Counted from the stretch's first letter, positions 51,822 through 61,246 are shown. The stretch is DNA of 64,000 nt from Candidatus Moranbacteria bacterium GW2011_GWE2_35_2- (GCA_000990585.1 LBQD01000003.1:15504-79503), one strand, 5' to 3'. The notes: generated by a model from the sequence alone, not told the origin. Translations and numbers: made by a program.

Positions 51822-53423
51822 ATGGGACTTCAAAGGATAATATCAACAAAGAAAGGTATCATATTTGTTTTCGTGGGATTTTTAGTTTTTAGTTGGATTT
51901 TTTCAGGTTGTTTACAAATCGGAAAGTTTCCTCCTGAAATAAAAAAAGCATTAGCTGATTCGACCGCGGAATATCCATCGGCAAATAATGGAGGTTGGGA
52001 TGCTGATGAAAGTAATGCTTATACAGATGATACTTCATACGCTTCCACGACTCCTAATACAAATTCGACTGAATCTGTTGAATATGGAAGTTTTGGATTT
52101 GATTCTTTGATTCCCACAGGCTCAACTATAAATTCCGTAACAATAGAATTAGTGTGGTATATGAGTACTTCGGCTTCCAATGCTACATTACGGGTGGATG
52201 CACTTGTAAATAATGGAGTTGTGGGAACGCAAGAATCCGATACGACAGAACCGACATCTGATAAAACTACATCTTATGAGAATGACTATGGATCATGGAG
52301 CAGGGATGATCTTTTGGATGGAGTTTTCGAGGTACGGGTGGGGGCGCAGAGAGGCGGCGGTAGTACCGGATATACTATGTATCTGGATTACGTAAAAGTC
52401 ACGGTGGATTATTCAGCATTAACCACCCCAACTGTTTCCACTCAGGCCGCATCAAGCGTGGAAATTTCTACAGCAACGGGAAATGGAAATATCATCAGTA
52501 CTGGTGGAGAAAATGCTGACAAACGAGGATTTGTTTATGACACTTCAACAAAAAGTTTACCTGGTAATGTTGCTCCAACCTCATCTGGTTATGCATATTA
52601 TGCCGAAGATTCGGGAAGCTATGGAACGGGCGCATTCACTAAGGGTTTGAGCAGTTTGAGTGCTAATGTTACTTACTATATTCGCGCTTATGCACATAAT
52701 TCAGCGGGTTATAGTTATGGAGGAGAGGTTAATTTTCTTACTAAGCCTGATTCACCATCAACTATTAACTTTACTAATATTTGTTTGGATTCTTTGAGAA
52801 TTAATTGGATAGCTCCAGCAGGTGGAGCCAGTAGTTATAAAATAGAACGTTGCGAAGGAACTGGTTGCAGTGATTTCTTGCAAATTACTTCCGGAGAGAC
52901 AAATGTTTATTACGATGATTCCGGACTTAGCGCTGGAACTACATATAGATATCGAGTGCGGGCAACTAATGCTACGGGCGATAGTGATTACTGTGCTCCG
53001 GATGAAACAACAACAGAAGCTGCCTCTATTTCGATAGTAGTAGAGGATGGAAGTGGGACTGTTTCGTATGGCATAGTGAATACTTCTCAAAACACAACCA
53101 GCTCCGGCGTTGATCAAACGCAAACAGTCAGGAATAATGGAAATGTTGCTGAAGATTTTGATATTAAAGGTCAGGATTCAGAGGATTGGATTTTGGCGGG
53201 GGTTGCCGGCGATGCCTCATATAAACACGAATGGTGCACTAGTAGTTGCGATTCCAGTCCGATTTGGAATGTCATGACAACGACTTATGATAGTGATTAT
53301 TTATCTACTAATATTCCGGTTGATGGTACGGTTAGTTTTGATTTAAAAATTACAATTCCAACCGCTAATCCGGGAACAAATCAGCAGACTGTGGATGTTT
53401 TTGTTCGTGCCACGCAACATTGA
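51822..53423 (+). CDS. Surface protein with an Fn3 domain and a C-terminal beta-sandwich domain paralogous to 53563-54060
   Basis: N-terminal transmembrane/signal segment. Fn3: PDSPSTINFTNICLDSLRINWIAP...YRYRVRATNATGDS. The C-terminal domain is VSYGIVNTSQNTTSSGV...EDFDIKG...WILAG...TIPTANPGT. Confidence 0.6.
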   Translation: MGLQRIISTKKGIIFVFVGFLVFSWIFSGCLQIGKFPPEIKKALADSTAEYPSANNGGWDADESNAYTDDTSYASTTPNTNSTESVEYGSFGFDSLIPTGSTINSVTIELVWYMSTSASNATLRVDALVNNGVVGTQESDTTEPTSDKTTSYENDYGSWSRDDLLDGVFEVRVGAQRGGGSTGYTMYLDYVKVTVDYSALTTPTVSTQAASSVEISTATGNGNIISTGGENADKRGFVYDTSTKSLPGNVAPTSSGYAYYAEDSGSYGTGAFTKGLSSLSANVTYYIRAYAHNSAGYSYGGEVNFLTKPDSPSTINFTNICLDSLRINWIAPAGGASSYKIERCEGTGCSDFLQITSGETNVYYDDSGLSAGTTYRYRVRATNATGDSDYCAPDETTTEAASISIVVEDGSGTVSYGIVNTSQNTTSSGVDQTQTVRNNGNVAEDFDIKGQDSEDWILAGVAGDASYKHEWCTSSCDSSPIWNVMTTTYDSDYLSTNIPVDGTVSFDLKITIPTANPGTNQQTVDVFVRATQH

Positions 53424-53562
53424 TGGGATTTATTATTTTTAGAGATAGATTATCCTGTGGATAAGTTATTGCTTGACATTCAAAAATATGGTATAATAAA
53501 ATATATTTAATCTTAATTATTGCTTGTAATTTTAAAAGCAATAAAAAGGTAAAACAAAAAAT

Positions 53563-54060
53563 ATGAAAGTATTAATTTGTCATATTGCTGTCGTTGTATT
53601 GATGGCAATATTTGTCGGCACAGCAGTTCTTGGTGCCGATAGCGGTCAGGTTGCTGCAACAGTTACTGCGTCGGTAATTGCAGTTACCGTTAGTGATGGG
53701 GGTGTGGCGTACGGAACTGTCGCCACTTCAGAAGATACAACATCTTCTGGCGTTAATGATACTCAAACAATAACAAATACCGGAACGGTCAATGAAGATT
53801 TTGAAATTAAGGGGGTTGATACTACCCACTGGACATTAGCCGGAGCCGCCGGTGATGCTACATATGCTCATAAAACTTGTATTGCTGATTGCGATACTAC
53901 ACCAAGTTGGACAGCAATGACAACGAGTTATACTGATTTGGATACAGGGAAAACACCTTCAGCAACTACAGCACTTGATCTTCAGATAACAGTTCCGACT
54001 GCTAATGCGGGAACGGCTCAGGAAACGGCGAATGTTGACATTTTAGCGACAGCTAGCTAG
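53563..54060 (+). CDS. Small secreted protein, paralog of the C-terminal domain of the upstream Fn3 protein (possible WxL/fimbrial-like surface subunit)
   Basis: Signal peptide, then VAYGTVATSEDTTSSGVNDTQTITNTGTVNEDFEIKGVDTTHWTLAGAAGDATYAHK...ITVPTANAGTAQETANVDILA. About 45% identical to 51822-53423 residues ~405-533. Confidence 0.5.
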   Translation: MKVLICHIAVVVLMAIFVGTAVLGADSGQVAATVTASVIAVTVSDGGVAYGTVATSEDTTSSGVNDTQTITNTGTVNEDFEIKGVDTTHWTLAGAAGDATYAHKTCIADCDTTPSWTAMTTSYTDLDTGKTPSATTALDLQITVPTANAGTAQETANVDILATAS

Positions 54061-54117
54061 TATTTCTGGTATATTCTTGAAAATAGATAGTTTGGTAAAT
54101 TTGATTAAGATATTATA

Positions 54118-54744
54118 ATGCAAAAAAACTGTTTTCTTGTTTTGATATTAGCAGGAGTAGTTTTTATTCCCGGTATAATCTTGGCGTCGCTTGGAGTTGG
54201 AGTAGGGACGGGAAAAATTGAGTTTGATCAACCATTAAAAATGGGAGGAATTTATATTTCTCCTCCTTTAAATGTAATCAATACCGGTGACGAAGCGGCG
54301 GATTATGGGGTTTCTATTGAATATAAACAAGATCAACCTAGAATATCTCCACCTAAAGATTGGTTTTCTTTTGAGCCCGAGTTTTTTCATTTAGATCCTG
54401 GGCAATCGCAGGTTGTGCAGGTGAAAATAAGTATTCCTGTTAAATCTCATCCCGGAGAATATTTCGCTTATCTCGAGGGGCATCCTGTGCGAAAAATAGA
54501 TACATCCGGAGGTGCTTCCATTGGAATTGGAGCGGCGGCAAAATTGTATTTTGAAATTTCTCCTGCTAATATATTCCAAGGATTTTATTATCGTGCCGTT
54601 TCAGTTATAAAAAATAATGCCCCATGGTCATATATTATTTTGTTAGTACTGGTTGCAAGTATTTTAATAAATATTTTCAAAAAATATTTTTCTTTTAATA
54701 TTGGAATTACTCGAAAAAAAGTAGAAAAAATAGAAACTGAATAA
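54118..54744 (+). CDS. Secreted beta-sandwich protein with a C-terminal transmembrane anchor (DUF916-like topology)
   Basis: Signal peptide, a central domain, and a C-terminal transmembrane segment WSYIILLVLVASILINIF followed by a KK tail. Confidence 0.45.
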   Translation: MQKNCFLVLILAGVVFIPGIILASLGVGVGTGKIEFDQPLKMGGIYISPPLNVINTGDEAADYGVSIEYKQDQPRISPPKDWFSFEPEFFHLDPGQSQVVQVKISIPVKSHPGEYFAYLEGHPVRKIDTSGGASIGIGAAAKLYFEISPANIFQGFYYRAVSVIKNNAPWSYIILLVLVASILINIFKKYFSFNIGITRKKVEKIETE

Positions 54745-54768
54745 AAATGAAAAATAAAAATTATTTCA

Positions 54769-55788
54769 ATGAATTTATACAAAAGAATTTATTTTTTTTT
54801 GCTAAGTTTGACGGTTTCAGTATTTTTTGCTAACTTCTTGCTGTTTTTTTCAGTAGCAAAAGCAAATATTTCAGGAGTAATTACGACTACGGTGGCAGTG
54901 GGAGTATGTGGCAATAATATTGTTGAACTCGGAGAGAATTGCGACAGGTCATCTCTTGATGGTCAGACTTGTCAAAGTTTGGGATATGATGAGGGGGTTT
55001 TGAGTTGTACTGTCGGATGTGATTTTAATGTTTCCGAATGTATTAATTCGGAACCGGATAAGGGCAGTGTTATTTTTTCAGGAAAATCTTATCCATTAAG
55101 TGTCGTTAAGATTTTGAAAGATGGTCAAATTGCTGCCACTACGGCAGCTGACATCAATGGAAACTTTCAATCAACACTTTCCAATTTAATTATCGGATCA
55201 TATTCTTTTGCCATTTATGCTTACGATACTAATAACAATAAATCCAAAGCTGTTACATATAGGAAAAAAATAACAAAAGATGAAATTGAAAATATTTCAG
55301 ATATTCTGATACCTCCCACTATAGACATCGATGATGATGATGTTGACATTGGAGATAAAATTATGTTTTTCGGACAAAGTATTCCTAGATCAACATTGAC
55401 AATTCGCATAATTTCTGATGATGATTATTGGTCTTACCATGTGGTTGCTGGTAATAATGGATATTATTCTTATAAATTGGATACTGAAGATTTCGATGAA
55501 GATGATTACTCGGCTTATGCTTGGGCAACAATAAATGAAATGGTAAGTGATAATAGCACCGATGTATTATTTGAAATTGACCAAGCTTTATCCGATTCGA
55601 GAGATGAGTCGTCCAATGACTTGGCAACAGTTGATTTTAATGAAGATTCCAGGGTGAATATAATTGATTTTTCAATGCTCTTACATTGGTTTAATCGCAC
55701 AAATTTTCCATCCAAAATTGACATAAACAATGATAACAAAGTGAATATATTGGATTTTAGTATTATGATGTATCATTGGACGGGTTAA
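54769..55788 (+). CDS. Secreted protein with an N-terminal myxo-type Cys-rich repeat and a C-terminal tandem dockerin-like F-hand pair
   Basis: CGNNIVELGENCDRSSLDGQTCQ...C...C, then a C-terminal DFNEDSRVNIIDFSMLLHWF + DINNDNKVNILDFSIMMYHW: two ~22-aa Ca-binding-loop repeats of dockerin type. Confidence 0.65.
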   Translation: MNLYKRIYFFLLSLTVSVFFANFLLFFSVAKANISGVITTTVAVGVCGNNIVELGENCDRSSLDGQTCQSLGYDEGVLSCTVGCDFNVSECINSEPDKGSVIFSGKSYPLSVVKILKDGQIAATTAADINGNFQSTLSNLIIGSYSFAIYAYDTNNNKSKAVTYRKKITKDEIENISDILIPPTIDIDDDDVDIGDKIMFFGQSIPRSTLTIRIISDDDYWSYHVVAGNNGYYSYKLDTEDFDEDDYSAYAWATINEMVSDNSTDVLFEIDQALSDSRDESSNDLATVDFNEDSRVNIIDFSMLLHWFNRTNFPSKIDINNDNKVNILDFSIMMYHWTG

Positions 55789-55798
55789 TTTTTTAAGT

Positions 55799-56737
55799 AT
55801 GAAAAAAAATAAAGTTATCAAATTGTATATTTTTTTTCTGATAATTTTCGGAATTTTTTCTGATAGCTACGCTCAGGCTTCCGAAGTTTTCATAGAATCG
55901 GAGGGATATTTTGAAAAAGAAGAAAAAATGTATGAAATAGCAGTTTTTATTGACAATGAGGGAAAAAATATCAATGCTTTAGAGGGCGAAATGTTTTTCA
56001 TGAATGATGATTTTGATTTTCAAAAAATAATAGATGGAGGATCTATTATAAATTTTTGGATAGAAAATCCACGAAAGGTATCCGATGGAAAGATTATTTT
56101 TTCAGGAGGAATTCCGGGAGGATATAATGGAAATAAAGGTTTCTTGTTTTCTGTTGTTTTTAGTGCCTCTAAGAATGTGATAATGAATGACACAGCAGAA
56201 ATATCACTTCAGAATTTAAGAGTGTATTTGAATGATGGTAAAGGAACTATGGAAAACCTGAATGATTTTAAAGTCGTCATAAAATTAAATGAAATAAATT
56301 TGAAAGAAAAAGTGATTGACGAAAAACCCCCGGAGATTTTTGCTCCATATATAACACGAGATCCGAATTTATCCGACGAACAATGGATTGTAATTATGAG
56401 TGCTCAGGATAAAGGTGACGGTGTCGATTATTATGAAGTTTATGAATCTGAGAAAAAGCATGATATGGAGGAGATTATCAATGATAATTCTATACCATGG
56501 AAAACGGTTGAAGATAAAAATATTTATATTTTGCAGGATCAAAAACTTGGAAGTTATATTTATGTAAAAGCAGTGGATAAGGCGGGAAATGCAAGAGTGG
56601 TTTTTGCAACACCGGCTATTAGTGAAAAAAAACAACTCTTTAATTATAAGGTTATTTTAGGTATAATAATGGTAGTTATTATCGGAATTGCGCTACTGTT
56701 TGAATTTTTTGTTTTTCGGGAAAGAAAAATAAAATAG
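55799..56737 (+). CDS. Cohesin-like domain surface protein with a C-terminal transmembrane anchor
   Basis: Signal peptide. Cohesin-like beta-sandwich (YEIAVFIDNEGKNINALEGEMFFMNDDFDFQKIIDGGSIINFW...GFLFSVVFSA). Ig-like domain (YYEVYE...VKAVDKAGN). Transmembrane segment ILGIIMVVIIGIALLF plus a basic tail. Confidence 0.6.
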   Translation: MKKNKVIKLYIFFLIIFGIFSDSYAQASEVFIESEGYFEKEEKMYEIAVFIDNEGKNINALEGEMFFMNDDFDFQKIIDGGSIINFWIENPRKVSDGKIIFSGGIPGGYNGNKGFLFSVVFSASKNVIMNDTAEISLQNLRVYLNDGKGTMENLNDFKVVIKLNEINLKEKVIDEKPPEIFAPYITRDPNLSDEQWIVIMSAQDKGDGVDYYEVYESEKKHDMEEIINDNSIPWKTVEDKNIYILQDQKLGSYIYVKAVDKAGNARVVFATPAISEKKQLFNYKVILGIIMVVIIGIALLFEFFVFRERKIK

Positions 56738-56751
56738 AAATAAATAAAATT

Positions 56752-58803
56752 ATGTTTGTATTGACGAAAATAAAAATTATTGTGTTTATCGGATTTTTAT
56801 TTTTTTTATTTGCGACAGAGAGAGAAAAAACTTTAGCTGCTACATTATCATTAACTCCAAGCAGTGGATCATTTGAAATTGGAAGTACTTTTGATGTTTC
56901 TATTATTCTTAATACAGAAGGAAAAAATATTAATGCGGTTAAAGCGTCGCTACTTTTTCCGCCTAATGATTTGCAGGTAGTTTCACCATCCGTCGGACGT
57001 TCGATAGCAAGTGTTTGGGCTGTTTCTCCGACATATGATAATAATGCGGGAACAATAAATTTGGAATGCGGATTTCCTAATGGAATAAATGCAACAAGTG
57101 GGCTTATTACTACAATTACTTTTCGAGTTAAGGGGAATGGATCTGTTATTTTAAGATTCAAAGATGATTCAAAAGTTCTTTTAGATAATGGCAAAGGAAC
57201 TGATGATTTGAATCAGATTAATAATGGTGTATATACTTTGATTCTACCTTCTCCAAATGGTCCAGAAGTTATTTCTGAAACACACACTGATCAGTCGCGC
57301 TGGTATAAGGAATCCTCGGTTATTTTAAAATGGGTCGATCCGGACCCGGAATTAACTGAAAATTATAGTTATATTATAAATGATATTCCGGATGATATTC
57401 CGGATGATATTGCCGAGGGCGATAAAAATAATATATCATATAAAAGTCTTCCTGATGGACGTAATTATTTTCATATTAAGGCTTTAAATAAGGATAAAGT
57501 TTGGGGAGGAACTACTCATTATGCTATTAATATAGATACTATTCCACCAGCTGAATTTCCTGTTGATATCTTTCCTTCAAATAAGACTTCAAGAAGAAAT
57601 CCTATCATTCAGTTTATTACTACTGATAATTTTTCTGGCATTGATCATTATGAGGTAAAAGTTGTTCCTTTGAGTAATGTTAATGATTATAGTCAAGAAA
57701 ATCAAGATAAGCAGATAATGTTTATTGAAGCAAAAAGTCCTTATTCAATTCAAAATTTGGAAATCGGGAGTTATGATGTTATTGTACGTTCTTATGATAC
57801 GGCGGGAAATTATCATGATTCCATTCAAAAATTAAAAATTACTAATACTGCTTTTCAGTTTATCGGTGATGATGGATTGACAATAGGGGAGCGGGAAATT
57901 ATTTCTTGGCGTTGGGTTTTATTAGTATTTTTGGCTATTATATTTTTTTTGGCATATACTGTTTGGCGTCTTAAACATCATCATAAAAAAATCGAAAAAG
58001 ATATAATTGATAAAAAATTGCCGCCGGAGATTAGAAAAAAGATAGAGGAATTAAAGCGGTTGAAAGAAAAATATAAAGGAATAGTAATTATATCTTTTAT
58101 AATTGTTGGTAGTTTATTTTCGAATTTTTCAGTTAAAGCTGAAGATAATTTTTTAGAAATAAATCCTCCGCTGATAACTACGATTTCAAAAAATATTTCC
58201 AATAATGAAATTTTTTATGCTGGAGGAAGAGTGGAAACAGCCGAAACTAAGATAATTCTTTATATCAAAAATAGTAAAACAGGCGAAACCTTTAATAAAG
58301 AATTTTCAACGGACAATAAGGGGGAGTGGTTTTATCGCAATGACGGATTTCTTTCGGACGGGGAGTATATTCTATGGGCACAAAGTAAGGTAGGACAACA
58401 ATTAAGTCCTCCAAGTCCTCAAGTCAAAATGTTTGTAAATAAAACAGCTATTCAAATAGGCGCTTCCAGAATAAGCTATGAGTTATTGCTTTTCTTGATT
58501 ATAAGTGTATTAATTTGCATTATCTTAGTATTAATTTTTTATATATCGGTATCTATTAAAAAGATAAAAAAAAGATCTCTATTATTTAGAAAAGAGATTG
58601 ATGAGGTTGAAAGTGTTGTACATAAGGGATTTATGATGTTGCATCGTGAGATTAGTAATGAATTGAAAATTATTGGAAGAAATAAGCGTAAATCTTTTTG
58701 TGAAAAAGAAGATGCTCATAAGGAGCATTTGATGAATGATTTGATAAAAATAGAGCGTCATATTGAAAAGGAGCTTAATGATGTCGAGAGGTTGCTAGGG
58801 TAG
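56752..58803 (+). CDS. Large cohesin-like scaffold protein with four predicted transmembrane segments
   Basis: Cohesin-like: LSLTPSSGSFEIGSTFDVSIILNTEGKNINAVKASLLFPPNDLQVVSPSVG...GLITTITFRVKGNGSVILRF. Ig-like domains follow. Transmembrane segments at ~aa 10-30, 388-408, 445-462 and 600-622, with a coiled-coil C-terminal tail. Confidence 0.6.
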   Translation: MFVLTKIKIIVFIGFLFFLFATEREKTLAATLSLTPSSGSFEIGSTFDVSIILNTEGKNINAVKASLLFPPNDLQVVSPSVGRSIASVWAVSPTYDNNAGTINLECGFPNGINATSGLITTITFRVKGNGSVILRFKDDSKVLLDNGKGTDDLNQINNGVYTLILPSPNGPEVISETHTDQSRWYKESSVILKWVDPDPELTENYSYIINDIPDDIPDDIAEGDKNNISYKSLPDGRNYFHIKALNKDKVWGGTTHYAINIDTIPPAEFPVDIFPSNKTSRRNPIIQFITTDNFSGIDHYEVKVVPLSNVNDYSQENQDKQIMFIEAKSPYSIQNLEIGSYDVIVRSYDTAGNYHDSIQKLKITNTAFQFIGDDGLTIGEREIISWRWVLLVFLAIIFFLAYTVWRLKHHHKKIEKDIIDKKLPPEIRKKIEELKRLKEKYKGIVIISFIIVGSLFSNFSVKAEDNFLEINPPLITTISKNISNNEIFYAGGRVETAETKIILYIKNSKTGETFNKEFSTDNKGEWFYRNDGFLSDGEYILWAQSKVGQQLSPPSPQVKMFVNKTAIQIGASRISYELLLFLIISVLICIILVLIFYISVSIKKIKKRSLLFRKEIDEVESVVHKGFMMLHREISNELKIIGRNKRKSFCEKEDAHKEHLMNDLIKIERHIEKELNDVERLLG

Positions 58804-58827
58804 ATATCTTGTAAATATTACTGAATT

Positions 58828-59412
58828 ATGGAATCTTTGCTAATGCATTTTTTGGATAATTATCGCATATTGGTTTATTTTGTGATATTTTTGGCGATGA
58901 TTATTGAAGGGGATGTTATTTTGTTTGTATCTTTTTTTCTGGTGCATTATGGTAGACTTGATTTGGCGACAGTTATTACAGTTTCGGTGTCGGGAGTAAT
59001 GGTCGGCAATGTTTTGTGGTATCGTTTTGGAAGGTATTTGGAAAAAATAGATTTTATTGAAAGGCGAGCGCAAAAATTTACTTTTTTAATTGATCGACAA
59101 TTAGGAAAAAATTCTTTTCGAATGATTTTACTTTCAAAGTTTACTTACGGACTTCATCATCTTACCATAATGCGTGCCGGAGCGGTAAAGGGTATCAATT
59201 TTTTTCAATATTTCAAAAGAGATTTCGTTGCGACATTGATTTGGATTTCGGTGATTGGTGGGTTGGGATATGCGTTTGCCGCTTCGATTTTATTGATTAA
59301 ACATTATTTTCGTTTTGCTCAAATTGTGATTCTAATTCTGTTTTTGTTGATTATTTTTTCTTTTAGAATTTTTTCTATGATTGGAAAAAAAGCAATTGTT
59401 ATTAAAAAATAA
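58828..59412 (+). CDS. DedA/TVP38-family membrane protein
   Basis: Five to six transmembrane segments and the DedA-like G...G / F.R motifs. Confidence 0.5.
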   Translation: MESLLMHFLDNYRILVYFVIFLAMIIEGDVILFVSFFLVHYGRLDLATVITVSVSGVMVGNVLWYRFGRYLEKIDFIERRAQKFTFLIDRQLGKNSFRMILLSKFTYGLHHLTIMRAGAVKGINFFQYFKRDFVATLIWISVIGGLGYAFAASILLIKHYFRFAQIVILILFLLIIFSFRIFSMIGKKAIVIKK

Positions 59413-59426
59413 ATTTATGAAATTTT

Positions 59427-60053
59427 ATGAATAAAAGAGAAAAAGTACAATATGTAATTATTGTGATTTTAAAAAGTTTAATTGGAGCTTTGATTGTTCT
59501 TAGCGCTGTTCAAATGAATTTATTTCTTTCAATTATGTCGGCCTTTGTCTTGTTTCTAACTTTTTTGCCGGCGATAATCAGTCGAAGTTTTCGTATAAAT
59601 CTTCCAATTGAAATAGATTTGATTCTTGCATTAATGTTGTATTTGCACTATGCATTAGGAGAATATAATGGATTTTATGTAAAACTTTCATGGTGGGATA
59701 TTCTTCTTCATGGCGGAAATAGTATTATTATTGGAATGATCGGATTAGCTTTTGGATATTCGCTTTTGATGACCAGCCGTATAAAAGCCAAGCCGATTTT
59801 TGTTTCTTCTTTTTCGGTTTTTTTAGCGGTTTTTGTTGGTGTTTTGTGGGAGATTTTTGAATTCGGAATGGATCAAATTTTTGGATTCAATATGCAAAAA
59901 AGCGGATTGGTGGATACAATGACTGATTTGATGGTTGATGTTTCCGGGGCGATGGTTGTGGGAATCGGAGGTTTTCTTTATCTCAAAAGATCAGGACCAT
60001 CTCTCTTGCACAAGTTTATCCTTCGGATAATTCGAGAATTCAAGCAAAAATAA
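59427..60053 (+). CDS. Hypothetical polytopic membrane protein
   Basis: Six predicted transmembrane segments. No motif. Confidence 0.45.
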   Translation: MNKREKVQYVIIVILKSLIGALIVLSAVQMNLFLSIMSAFVLFLTFLPAIISRSFRINLPIEIDLILALMLYLHYALGEYNGFYVKLSWWDILLHGGNSIIIGMIGLAFGYSLLMTSRIKAKPIFVSSFSVFLAVFVGVLWEIFEFGMDQIFGFNMQKSGLVDTMTDLMVDVSGAMVVGIGGFLYLKRSGPSLLHKFILRIIREFKQK

Positions 60054-60091
60054 AAACAACCTCTTTTGTGAGATTGTTTTTATTTTATGTG

Positions 60092-60165
60092 TGGGCGATC
60101 CAGGACTCGAACCTGGGACCTCAGCATTATCAGTGCTGCGCTCTAACCACCTGAGCTAATCGCCC
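60092..60165 (-). tRNA. tRNA-Ile (anticodon GAU)
   Basis: Reverse complement: GGGCGATTAGCTCAGGTGGTTAGAGCGCAGCACTGATAATGCTGAGGTCCCAGGTTCGAGTCCTGGATCGCCCA. Cloverleaf with the anticodon loop cuGAUaa. Confidence 0.95.
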
Positions 60166-60213
60166 TTAAAAACGAAAATGCTGCGCCGCGTGATGAGCGT
60201 AGCGAATTTTACG

Positions 60214-60289
60214 TGGTGGACCGGACAGGACTTGAACCCGCTACCTCCTCGGTGCAAGCGAGGCGCTCTACCAGGTGAGCTACCGGCCC
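60214..60289 (-). tRNA. tRNA-Ala (anticodon UGC), CCA encoded
   Basis: Reverse complement: GGGCCGGTAGCTCACCTGGTAGAGCGCCTCGCTTGCACCGAGGAGGTAGCGGGTTCAAGTCCTGTCCGGTCCACCA. G3:U70 Ala identity pair. Confidence 0.95.
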
Positions 60290-60377
60290 TAAAATAAAGA
60301 TAATAAAAAAACAGCGTTGCATTTCCTTATGTATTATACATTTAAAAAATAATTTGTCCAGTCTTGATGCCTGTTGA

Positions 60378-60445
60378 ATTTGACAAAATTTGAATAATGC
60401 GATACATTTAAATTATTAAAAAAGCCCTGAGGGGCTTTTAAAAAA
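60378..60445 (+). promoter_or_regulatory. Candidate promoter (TTGACA-17-TACATT) plus a leader hairpin with a T-run just upstream of secE
   Basis: ttgacaaaatttgaataatgcgatacattt, then aaaaGCCCTgaggGGCtttt (60418-60440) immediately before the secE RBS gggaaaaatATG. Confidence 0.3.
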
Positions 60446-60454
60446 GGGAAAAAT

Positions 60455-60637
60455 ATGAATAAAGTCATAGATTTTATCAGAGAGGCAAAAGCGGAATTGA
60501 TGAAGGTTAATTGGCCGACAAAAAAACAAACCATAAATTATACAATGGTTGTTGTTGTTTTAAGTCTAGTCGTAGCTGTTTTTTTAGGAGGGTTGGATTA
60601 TTTATTCAGCAGTATTTTGAAAGCATTTATTATCTAA
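60455..60637 (+). CDS. secE: Preprotein translocase subunit SecE
   Basis: 60 aa with a single transmembrane segment; the KVNWPTKKQ motif; conserved position before nusG. Confidence 0.85.
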   Translation: MNKVIDFIREAKAELMKVNWPTKKQTINYTMVVVVLSLVVAVFLGGLDYLFSSILKAFII

Positions 60638-60700
60638 AAATAATAATTTTTAATTTTCAATCCGCCGGTTGGCGGATTAGAAATTAGAAATTGATATAAT

Positions 60701-61246
60701 ATGGCAAAGCAAACACAACATCACGGGAGGGCTTGGTATGTCCTGCATACTTATTCCGGATATGAAGATAATGTGTGTCGGAATCTTAAGCAAAGAATTG
60801 AATCGATGGATATGCAGGATTTGATTTTTGACGTTATGGTTCCCACTGAAAAAAGAATCAAAATTAAGGGAGGAAAAAGGGTGGTAGTGGAGGAAAGAAT
60901 TTATCCCGGATATGTTTTAGTAGATATGATTGTAACGGACGCATCTTGGTATGTAGTTCGAAATACTCCGAATGTTACTGGTTTTATTGGATTGGGAACA
61001 ACTCCGACTCCGATTGATCCTGCGGAAATTCAGATACTTAAAAAGAGGATGGGAGTGGCGGAACCGAAATTCAAGATTGATGTCAGAGCTGGAGATTCTG
61101 TTAAGATTACTGAGGGACCGTTTAAAGATTTTGATGGAAAAATTCAAGAAATCGATGAAGAAAAAGGAAAGGTCAAAGTATTAGTTTCAATTTTCGGAAG
61201 AGAAACGCCAGTTGAATTGGACTTTTTGCAAATTAAAAAAATATAA
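60701..61246 (+). CDS. nusG: Transcription termination/antitermination factor NusG
   Basis: NGN domain (WYVLHTYSGYE) and a C-terminal KOW (GDSVKITEGPFKDFDGKIQEID). Confidence 0.9.
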   Translation: MAKQTQHHGRAWYVLHTYSGYEDNVCRNLKQRIESMDMQDLIFDVMVPTEKRIKIKGGKRVVVEERIYPGYVLVDMIVTDASWYVVRNTPNVTGFIGLGTTPTPIDPAEIQILKKRMGVAEPKFKIDVRAGDSVKITEGPFKDFDGKIQEIDEEKGKVKVLVSIFGRETPVELDFLQIKKI

